A DNA stretch of 64,000 bases from Deltaproteobacteria bacterium (GTDB taxonomy: Bacteria; Myxococcota_A; Polyangia; Fen-1088): the NCBI GenBank assembly GCA_033763315.1, contig JANRKS010000032.1, forward strand, positions 1-64,000, in the 5' to 3' direction. The position numbers were made by a program, and so were the translations under genes. Numbering within the stretch: the first letter of the stretch is position 1; every line of letters begins with the position of its first letter. This document shows positions 1-6,808 of the stretch, one piece after another. The notes under the pieces were generated by a model, which saw only the letters and a program-made list of their open reading frames with translations, did no database searches and was not told the origin of the DNA.

Positions 1-121
1 AAGGTACATGCTGCATAGGTTTCCGTATCAGTTGATCTACCGATTGCTTGGAGAACAGGTTGTTGTCCTCGCGTGCTTTCACGGCCGCCGTTCTCCGAAG
101 CGGTCCAGTTCGCGACTGTGA
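1..121 (+). CDS. 3' end of a RelE/ParE-family toxin (partial, starts before the window); integron cassette ORF
   Basis: Frame 2 reads RYMLHRFPYQLIYRLLGEQVVVLACFHGRRSPKRSSSRL* (TGA 119-121). FPYxxxY...VLAxxHxRRxP is the typical ParE C-terminus. An attC follows immediately. Confidence 0.75.
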   Translation, partial: RYMLHRFPYQLIYRLLGEQVVVLACFHGRRSPKRSSSRL

Positions 122-122
122 T

Positions 123-253
123 GGCTAACCCGGCCTTCAAGTCTGTCGAAGCCATGAACGTCAGTTTGAACCTAGACACGTCAGTTGTTGGCGGGCAACA
201 ATGCGGTCTTGGCCGTTAGTGGGCTTCGCAGCTTAAGGCCAAGCACGTTAGAC
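123..253 (+). mobile_element. attC site 1 (131 bp)
   Basis: R'' GGCTAAC (123-129), L boxes CCTTCAAG and GCTTAAGG, R' GTTAGAC (247-253). Shares the core GTCAGTTTGAACCTAGACAC with the next site. Confidence 0.9.
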
Positions 254-266
254 CGACGAGAAGTGA

Positions 267-752
267 ATGAGCTACGACATCACACTCTTGAAGCCACCCG
301 GAGCGGTGCTTGACGACAATCGCAGATGGGCGCAACACCTGTGCCAGTCCTTCGCCGACCTGGATGACGCGCAGATCGATGTGCGCGCAAGTGCCGACGT
401 CGCCGGTGACGTGGGGATGAGTGAAGGGGACTGGGTGAGCCGTGGAATCGGCGTAATGGTCTGCCGGGTCGGTCAGCCGGACTTCGTCGACATTTCCTTT
501 TGGGAAACGACAGCGGATATTTCGCTCCCGAACTTCCCAGAGCGGGACGCGGCAGAACTACTCGATTCGATCGCGCCGTACGTCGACAGCCTTCGTGCAC
601 TCGGGTTTGTGTTGATCGATCCCCTGTCTGATGAGCCCTGCGACGGCCCTCGGCAAGTTGAGAGGCTCCTCGCCGGTTACAGCCATCGCCAACGCGCGGT
701 CGGAGTCGTCGCTGAACTCGTCGGTGGCGAGGCGCCGGGCCGAAGCAAGTAG
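267..752 (+). CDS. Hypothetical protein, integron gene cassette
   Basis: 161-aa ORF fills the space between attC1 and attC2; ATG is 14 bp after R'. No family recognised. Confidence 0.75.
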   Translation: MSYDITLLKPPGAVLDDNRRWAQHLCQSFADLDDAQIDVRASADVAGDVGMSEGDWVSRGIGVMVCRVGQPDFVDISFWETTADISLPNFPERDAAELLDSIAPYVDSLRALGFVLIDPLSDEPCDGPRQVERLLAGYSHRQRAVGVVAELVGGEAPGRSK

Positions 753-761
753 TTGCATGCG

Positions 762-892
762 GTCTAACCAAGCGTCGAAGGCTGTCAGTGCCGCGAGCGT
801 CAGTTTGAACCTAGACACGACAGTGGTTGGCGAGCGACAGTACGGTCTTGTGACGTTAAGGGGCCCTGCAGCTTAACGCCGACACGTTGGAC
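762..892 (+). mobile_element. attC site 2 (131 bp)
   Basis: R'' GTCTAAC (762-768), R' GTTGGAC (886-892). Same length and core as attC1. CGGTCTAAC (760-768) is the exact reverse complement of GTTAGACCG (247-255). Confidence 0.92.
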
Positions 893-906
893 GGACCAAG
901 GTTGGT

Positions 907-1965
907 ATGGGTCAACATCGACTCTATTGGGTAACGAATCACGAGAGCCCAAACGAGAACTGTTTCGTGGTTGCGCGCAACCCAAAAGAAGCTGCGCGCT
1001 TCGAAGCTGCTCACGTTGGCTCCGATGTACAAAATGTATCGGCGGAGCTCGTGACCGCTCTACCGCCTGCTCTTCTCGAAAAGGCAGAGAAGGAGTTTAG
1101 GCCCGAATCGGGAAGGCAGAAGCCTTGGCCCTGGTATGCCGATCACCACGACATTCCAAAGGCCCTCGGTGCCGAGGAACTCTTTTTGAATGCGAGGCCA
1201 AGTCGAAGGCTGTTTGGACGCAACTATGTGCAGCATGGGCTCTTCGAGGGGCTGATGGGAACACGGCCGGACACTCTCATCCGATCCGTCACGGACCTTC
1301 TCCGGTCGCCGAAGCTAAAGAGGCAATCCAATTGGATGTATCGAGGTCACGCGGATGCAAAGTGGGTTGGTCGATCCGGCATCGATCGCCATCCGCACCC
1401 AACTCCGACGCGTCGGGTGGAGCTTGAGCGAAGGATGTTGACCGAATTCAAGCGCCGGTCGCGCCCGTACCTTCGCGAAATCCCGCGCAACGATTGGGAG
1501 TGGTTGAGCTTAGCGCAGCATCACGGTCTACCCACTCGCCTCCTTGACTGGACATCAAGTCCTCTAGTGGCGCTCTATTTTGCTGTGGCAGAAAACGACG
1601 GCGACCGCGATGCTGCGATTATTGCCTATTGGCGAGATTGGAATTCGGTCGACACGGACGGGCCAGGTCCCCTTGAAACCGATAAGGTTTGTCTTCACGC
1701 GCCCGCCATCATCTCGGATCGCCTGATGGCACAGCACGCATTGCTGACCGCTGAGCCCCCCGTCGAGGACAGGAGCTCTAGCAACGCCGTGGATGCAGAA
1801 ATCGTGAATTTCTACGTGTCGTACAAGCGCATTGCTGCCATTCGTTTTGAGCTGAAGCAACTCGGGATCACCCGCGGCAGCTTGTTTCCGGGCTTGGACT
1901 CGATATGCGCGGACATAGCCACTGATCATGGTTTCAATAAGGCTCGCCGTCCAACCGGGCGTTGA
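907..1965 (+). CDS. FRG domain protein with N-terminal extension, integron gene cassette
   Basis: WMYRGH...WEWLSLAQHHGLPTRLLDWTSSPLVALYFAV...LGITRGSLFPGLD is the FRG family signature. Confidence 0.9.
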   Translation: MGQHRLYWVTNHESPNENCFVVARNPKEAARFEAAHVGSDVQNVSAELVTALPPALLEKAEKEFRPESGRQKPWPWYADHHDIPKALGAEELFLNARPSRRLFGRNYVQHGLFEGLMGTRPDTLIRSVTDLLRSPKLKRQSNWMYRGHADAKWVGRSGIDRHPHPTPTRRVELERRMLTEFKRRSRPYLREIPRNDWEWLSLAQHHGLPTRLLDWTSSPLVALYFAVAENDGDRDAAIIAYWRDWNSVDTDGPGPLETDKVCLHAPAIISDRLMAQHALLTAEPPVEDRSSSNAVDAEIVNFYVSYKRIAAIRFELKQLGITRGSLFPGLDSICADIATDHGFNKARRPTGR

Positions 1966-2142
1966 ACTTCTCGTAGGAAGTCAAGCGGCGGGTAGATCAG
2001 AAAGAACGAGGGGCGCTGGGCACACGAAATCAGCAGGCAAAGCATGGAAGTCGCTTTGAACCTAGACATGGCAGCGTCATGCATGCACCATCTGGTCATG
2101 GCGGTCAGCGAGCTTTGCAGTTGAAGGCCACACACTTTGGGC
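1949..2142 (+). mobile_element. attC site 3, degenerate (about 64-bp insertion; R' mutated to TTTGGGC)
   Basis: R'' GTCCAAC (1949-1955) complements GTTGGAC of attC2. Core TTTGAACCTAGACA at 2055. The 3' end GAGCTTTGCAGTTGAAGGCCACACACTTTGGGC aligns with the family. Confidence 0.75.
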
Positions 2143-2149
2143 AGACTTA

Positions 2150-2608
2150 GTGCGTCCTCCTCTTCGAATCACGTTCGCTTTGCAGGGCGTCCTCGTCGCT
2201 CGCGCTCAGGTAGCGAGCTGCGACGGTTGTGGCGACCGATTGTTCATCCAGAGGAATGTGGTGGTTGATCCGAATGACCAATGTGCCGTTGTCGCAGCCA
2301 GCCTACAGCGATCCCCGGAGCGTCGAGCCAGACCCGTTCCTTTGTTCATATTCCTTCCTGGCCCGTCAGATGCGGGGGATCCCACTGACGTGATTCGCGA
2401 ATACGCGGCTGAGCACGCGGATTCATTTGAGATCCTGTCTGTCCCCGTCGAATTCGCGCGGCTAACTGCAGGTGCTTGCGCCGTCGATGAACTGCCGGCT
2501 CTACTCGGAGTCTTGCGTAACAGAGTGGTGTCGAAGTTGACGGGCGCTTTTACGCCAGCGCATCTCGACCGGTTCACACAAGACGTTCTCCAACTTGCAA
2601 GGGATTAG
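2150..2608 (+). CDS. Hypothetical protein, probable integron cassette
   Basis: 152-aa ORF (GTG start, CxxC motif) directly after attC3, followed by a degenerate R'' (CTGCCAAAC, 2618-2626) matching TTTGGGCAG at 2136-2144. Confidence 0.55.
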   Translation: MRPPLRITFALQGVLVARAQVASCDGCGDRLFIQRNVVVDPNDQCAVVAASLQRSPERRARPVPLFIFLPGPSDAGDPTDVIREYAAEHADSFEILSVPVEFARLTAGACAVDELPALLGVLRNRVVSKLTGAFTPAHLDRFTQDVLQLARD

Positions 2609-2629
2609 GTGTTGCAGCTGCCAAACAGC

Positions 2630-2755
2630 ATCTGTAGCGTCGCCCAACGACAAGGCATTTTCTTCTTGTGGCGGCCAATGTTGCGAGATCCCAACGATGA
2701 CATGGTCGCGGAAGTTGCGGTGGCGGCTGGGTGTGATGCAATCATTACCCATAAT
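2630..2755 (+). pseudogene. Internal fragment of a PIN-family toxin
   Basis: ICSVAQRQGIFFLWRPMLRDPNDDMVAEVAVAAGCDAIITHN matches the WRPxLxDPxDD...A...IxTxN segment of putative TA PIN toxins. Both ends are missing. Confidence 0.75.
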
Positions 2756-2882
2756 AGTTTCACCTGTGCTGGCCAACATCTACTTGCACTATGTGCTGGA
2801 TCTATGGTTCCACAAAGTTGTGGTTAGACGAATGTGTGGTGAGGCTTGTCTCGTTCGTCACGCAGATGATTCTGTTTGCGCT
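2754..2882 (+). pseudogene. Fragment of a group II intron reverse transcriptase/maturase (RT4-RT5)
   Basis: IVSPVLANIYLHYVLDLWF...ACLVRHADDSVCA: the post-PQG motif SPxLANIYL plus a decayed YADD (HADD). Confidence 0.85.
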
Positions 2883-2935
2883 TGGGGTTTTTGTGCCTCG
2901 GTGGGCACCGCAGCTTAGGCCCAATCACATTAGCC
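2883..2935 (+). mobile_element. 3' half of an attC site (R' mutated to ATTAGCC)
   Basis: GGGCACCGCAGCTTAGGCCCAATCACATTAGCC aligns with GGGCTTCGCAGCTTAAGGCCAAGCACGTTAGAC of attC1. Confidence 0.65.
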
Positions 2936-3355
2936 AGACTGGCGTGGACCGAGCCGGGCCAGATGCAGTTTGATCGGTATCAGGCGGGCATACCGAGAAA
3001 AGTCGCCATCGGTGGTCAGAATCGGCAGCTTTCGACGAACCGCGACTGCACAAATCAGGAAGTCGATCGTAGATCCCTGAATCCCCTTGGCTCGACAACG
3101 ATTGAAGAGTGCGGCCGCCTCTTCATGATCTGCGGTTTCTGTAGGGAGGTCGACGAAACCAAGCAAATGATCACGAAGCGATTGGAACTGCTTTGCATCT
3201 TTGATTCCCGATAGAAGTTCTTGGCGGACAAGACCAAGCATGACGACCCTGCCTTCGCGGATCAGCTCTGCAAGCTCAAGTACGGCCGTTCCACTAGGAA
3301 CTTTGGATCGGCGAAGGGCCAGCGACCAAACCGATGTGTCGACGATAACGTTCAC
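2930..3355 (-). CDS. vapC: VapC PIN-domain toxin (type II TA)
   Basis: VIVDTSVW...ELLSG...IDFLI...ILTTDGDF carries the PIN acidic tetrad; 4-bp overlap with the antitoxin gene. Confidence 0.92.
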   Translation of the reverse strand: MNVIVDTSVWSLALRRSKVPSGTAVLELAELIREGRVVMLGLVRQELLSGIKDAKQFQSLRDHLLGFVDLPTETADHEEAAALFNRCRAKGIQGSTIDFLICAVAVRRKLPILTTDGDFSRYARLIPIKLHLARLGPRQSG

Positions 3356-3552
3356 GATCGTTGACGGGCCCGCTTGTAGTCAAACTTCGGATCGAAGTCG
3401 AGTTTGCCGAAAAGGTTTACAACCTTAGCCTGTTTTCGACGCTGAATGTATTCCTCTAGCGCTTCCGTTACAGTGTCTTTCTTCGTTCGATGCCCGCCTA
3501 TACGCAGCGCCTCCTCAAGAAGGCCTTCGTCTATTGCCAAGTTGGTCGCCAT
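3352..3552 (-). CDS. vapB: VapB-type antitoxin (ribbon-helix-helix)
   Basis: MATNLAIDEGLLEEALRIGGHRTKKDTVTEALEEYI...FDYK. Start reassigned to the ATG at 3552. Confidence 0.9.
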   Translation of the reverse strand: MATNLAIDEGLLEEALRIGGHRTKKDTVTEALEEYIQRRKQAKVVNLFGKLDFDPKFDYKRARQRS

Positions 3553-3587
3553 GTGTGAAATTATACACATGGCGAGGTGGGTCGCAA
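3546..3587 (-). promoter_or_regulatory. vapBC promoter with overlapping operator palindrome
   Basis: Minus strand TTGCGA-16-TATAAT ending 7 nt before the ATG. A perfect 11-bp inverted repeat TCGCCATGTGT (3546-3556) / ACACATGGCGA (3565-3575) flanks the -10 box. Confidence 0.75.
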
Positions 3588-3693
3588 ACAAGGCGCGGAC
3601 GTCACTGTGAACCCAGACATGGCAGTGGAGTGCAGGCGACAATGGGGTCTTGGGCGTTAGCGAGCTTTGCGGCTTAACGCCGACACGTTGGGA
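3583..3693 (+). mobile_element. attC site, 5' part damaged or shortened
   Basis: GTCACTGTGAACCCAGACAT core, then GGTCTTGGGCGTTAGCGAGCTTTGCGGCTTAACGCCGACACGTTGGGA (R' 3687-3693). R'' is degenerate (CGCAAAC) and the site is about 20 bp shorter than attC1/2. Confidence 0.75.
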
Positions 3694-3702
3694 GACAGCA
3701 TC

Positions 3703-4332
3703 ATGACGGAGGCAAAGTTCGATAAGGAGTTTTGGGAGCAGCTGTGGTCAAAGACGGTCCGCGATCACGCCGACAGAGTCGCTCGTCGTCCACCAAACGC
3801 GCATCTAGTGGCCGAGACTGCCGACCTTCCTCCGGGACGCGCTCTCGACGCGGGCTGCGGTCACGGCGCAGAGACGCTCTGGCTCGCGATGCGCGGCTGG
3901 CAGGTCACGGCCGTCGACTTCTCTGCTTCGGCGCTGGCCCACGGCCGGTCGATGGCGGAATCTGCAGGCGCTGAAGTTGCCGACAGAGTTAACTGGATAC
4001 AGAGCGATCTATCGACCTGGGTGGTGCAACCGGCGCACTACAACCTAGTTGTCTGCTTGTATGTCCACGTGAGCGGTTCCGTGGAGCACATGGTGGGGCG
4101 GATGGCGGGTGGCGTCTCTCCGGGAGGAACTTTGATCTTGGTCGGACACCGCCCGCTTGATCCTATCACCGGAGCTGCGACCGCTGCGGCAAACCAGGTG
4201 CAAGTCTCCGTCGACGCTGCGGTCGCGGCGCTCGACCCAAAAGCCTGGGAGTTGGTCGTCGCAGAAGAGCGTCCGCGTGCCGTTGCCGGTACCGGGGTCG
4301 ATGCCGTGATCCGCGCCCGCCGGCGGATCTGA
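3703..4332 (+). CDS. Class I SAM-dependent methyltransferase (last cassette; no downstream attC seen)
   Basis: PGRALDAGCGHG...GWQVTAVDFS motifs I/II. ATG at 3703 with GGAG supplied by the end of the attC. Confidence 0.9.
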   Translation: MTEAKFDKEFWEQLWSKTVRDHADRVARRPPNAHLVAETADLPPGRALDAGCGHGAETLWLAMRGWQVTAVDFSASALAHGRSMAESAGAEVADRVNWIQSDLSTWVVQPAHYNLVVCLYVHVSGSVEHMVGRMAGGVSPGGTLILVGHRPLDPITGAATAAANQVQVSVDAAVAALDPKAWELVVAEERPRAVAGTGVDAVIRARRRI

Positions 4333-4541
4333 GGCGGATCGAACTCGACGCACTTCTTCGGGCGCGCTTTCCTGATGCAAGCTTTCACGACTCCGACTTG
4401 CGTTCGAATGCAATCGGCGCACTTTGCGGCGACCGAGGTCCGTTTTTTCTTGGACTGATGGCAGCTCGATGTACCTCCTTTTGACGTGGCGCACCCAGAG
4501 GCCGCCGCGCCGCCCGGCTGAAGTGCTTAAAGTAGATTGAT

Positions 4542-5693
4542 GTGTTTGCTGCTAAGCGCTACTCTGCGGCCACGATGGAAGAAATCAGCCGCCCGCAGCC
4601 GACCGACGTGAGCCCTAGCTCAACCCAGCAAGACATAGAACCGCGACGCTTGCCGATGCAGTTCACTGGAACGGCCAGCGAATACTTTCGCATTTGGATC
4701 GTCAACATTGCTTTGAGCATCGTTACGCTCGGGATTTATTCTGCGTGGGCGAAGGTCCGCACAAAGAACTATTTCTATAAGCACACCGTTCTCGACGGAT
4801 CATGCTTTGAGTACCACGCGGTGCCGCGCCAGATCTTGAAGGGGCGCATCATCGTTGCCGCGTGTTTGGCGGCAGTGTTCATCGCGAAGATCTACTCATT
4901 GCAGTTGTACGCGGCCGGGCTTGTGGTGTTGTTTGCCATCTCGCCCGCCATTATGGTCATGGCGCTGGCATTCAACGCCCGCAATTCATCGTATCGCAAC
5001 GTTCGCTTTGCTTTTGATGGAACCGTGAAGTCAGCCTACAAGGCTTACCTTATCGGCCTGGCCGTCTACATTTTCACAATTGGCTTGGGTTTCCCCTATT
5101 TTCATTGGCGGCTACTTAAGTATGGAATCTCTCATCACCGATACGGGAACCAACGATTCCACTTTCACGCGACGGCCAAACCATTCTTCTCCTTATACGG
5201 CCGCGCCCTGGGGATCCTGATTATCTCTATCGTCACGATGTTTGTGCCTATGTTCGTGCTCAAGATTGTGGGTGCAGAGGGACCACTTGTCTTGGTGGTC
5301 CTGACCTACGCCATCATGTTTTTATTGGCTGGTTACCTCAAGGCGCGCCAGGCGAATTTGATCTTCGGATCGATCTCCATTTCAGAAGAGGCCACCGCCT
5401 CAATGCAGGACACCGCAACGGAGACCCCTCGCAACGAACACTTCCTGGTGGCCGATCAGAAAGTGGGGCAAGTCATTTGGTTGTTGGTGGGAAACCTCGC
5501 CGGGATCGTGGCCACGCTTGGCTTATTGATTCCTTGGGCGAAGATTCGAACGGCTCGCTACCGCGCGGAACATCTGCACGTTCTGGCCCACGGAGATTTG
5601 GTGGCCACGCGCAGTGGCACGCCCTCACGCAGCGGGCTTGTGGCAGACGCGGCCACAGATCTGGGCGATATTGGATTTGATCTTGGTATCTAG
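4542..5693 (+). CDS. YjgN/DUF898 family inner-membrane protein
   Basis: FTGTASEYFRIWIVNIALSIVTLGIYSAWAKVR signature. The start may be the ATG at 4575. Confidence 0.92.
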   Translation: MFAAKRYSAATMEEISRPQPTDVSPSSTQQDIEPRRLPMQFTGTASEYFRIWIVNIALSIVTLGIYSAWAKVRTKNYFYKHTVLDGSCFEYHAVPRQILKGRIIVAACLAAVFIAKIYSLQLYAAGLVVLFAISPAIMVMALAFNARNSSYRNVRFAFDGTVKSAYKAYLIGLAVYIFTIGLGFPYFHWRLLKYGISHHRYGNQRFHFHATAKPFFSLYGRALGILIISIVTMFVPMFVLKIVGAEGPLVLVVLTYAIMFLLAGYLKARQANLIFGSISISEEATASMQDTATETPRNEHFLVADQKVGQVIWLLVGNLAGIVATLGLLIPWAKIRTARYRAEHLHVLAHGDLVATRSGTPSRSGLVADAATDLGDIGFDLGI

Positions 5694-5703
5694 CGATTCG
5701 ACT

Positions 5704-6753
5704 GTGAACGAAGAGTCATTGCAGATCACGGGGCACTTCTTCGACGGCCTGTCATCCCGCCCCCACCGGGTGGTGGTGACAGCTGGAGCTGACGGCCTTC
5801 GCATTGCGTTCTCGGACGCAACCCCTGCGCAAGCCGAACGGGCTTACGCCAAGGATCAAGTTGAGATCGGCACGCGTTTGGGAAACACGCCCCGCTCACT
5901 TTCATTCAATGATGGCGCGAAGGTTGAAAGTGCCGACAACGACACCATTGATCGGTTGTCGGCCGTTTGGGGAGCGCGCGCGTCAACGGTTCACCGCCTA
6001 GAATCGAACTGGCGTGTTGTCATCGGGGCTGTTGCGCTTATCGCGCTTTTGGCGTGGTCTGGCTTTGTTTGGGGTGTACCGTGGGCGGCCACGCGGGTGG
6101 CGATGGCTTTGCCGGACAAAATGGCCGAGCACATAGGAAAAGGCACGTTGGCCGCGCTCGACAAGCTGTTATTCGAGCCCTCCACCGTGAACTCCGAACG
6201 CAGAAAAGCGGTGGAGCAATCGTTCACAAGTTTGGCCTCCGCCTATCCAGAGTTGTCACTTCGTTTGAATTTTCGAAAGCTGGGTGTTCCCAACGCCTTC
6301 GCTCTTCCCGACGGAACCGTTGTGGTGACAGATGAGCTGATTGAGATCGCGAAAACAGATGACGAGGTTTTGGGCGTGTTGGCTCACGAAATCGGCCACG
6401 TGAAACACAGGCACGCGTTACGCATGACGCTGGAAGCTTCAGCGGTCGGGCTCTTTTCAACCGTGGCCTTCGGTGATGCCGCTCAGGCCAGCGCGCTCTT
6501 TGCGGGCTTGCCTTCGTTCTACGCGAACGCACAGTATTCGCAGGTGAAGGAATCGGAAGCCGATGGATTTGCGATCGTTCTGATGCAACGTTTGGGGCTG
6601 CGCCCCGCAGCGTTGGCAGACATCCTTGAGCGGATGACCGAAGAAAGGGGGGACACGGAGCGTGAAATCCCGCAGTACTTTTCAAGCCACCCCTCGACCC
6701 AATCGCGCATGGCACGTTTGCGCGCGGCTTCGGCAGGCGGCTCAGCAAGATAG
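5704..6753 (+). CDS. M48 family metallopeptidase
   Basis: NAFALPDG, HEIGH (HExxH), ESEAD and SSHP motifs; usual partner of DUF898. GTG start at 5704. Confidence 0.92.
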   Translation: MNEESLQITGHFFDGLSSRPHRVVVTAGADGLRIAFSDATPAQAERAYAKDQVEIGTRLGNTPRSLSFNDGAKVESADNDTIDRLSAVWGARASTVHRLESNWRVVIGAVALIALLAWSGFVWGVPWAATRVAMALPDKMAEHIGKGTLAALDKLLFEPSTVNSERRKAVEQSFTSLASAYPELSLRLNFRKLGVPNAFALPDGTVVVTDELIEIAKTDDEVLGVLAHEIGHVKHRHALRMTLEASAVGLFSTVAFGDAAQASALFAGLPSFYANAQYSQVKESEADGFAIVLMQRLGLRPAALADILERMTEERGDTEREIPQYFSSHPSTQSRMARLRAASAGGSAR

Positions 6754-6808
6754 TGGGAGGCTGTCCTCACAGCGCCCCGCGAATGAAGAAGGGCGCGCAT
6801 GCTAACGT

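Noticed and set aside
2595-2918. 107-aa ORF as an intact RT, retron or DGR gene
   Set aside because: Only about 43 aa are RT-like, YADD has decayed to HADD, and the rest is out-of-frame PIN and attC sequence.
123-3693. Spaced repeats as a CRISPR array or REP/MITE family
   Set aside because: Repeats are about 131 bp with R/L boxes, the 'spacers' are whole ORFs and no cas genes are present; attC explains them.
1-4540. Integron integrase or attI
   Set aside because: No tyrosine-recombinase ORF is in the window; orientation puts any intI upstream of position 1.
4333-4541. A final attC after the methyltransferase
   Set aside because: No TCCCAAC-like R'', family core or GTT box was found.
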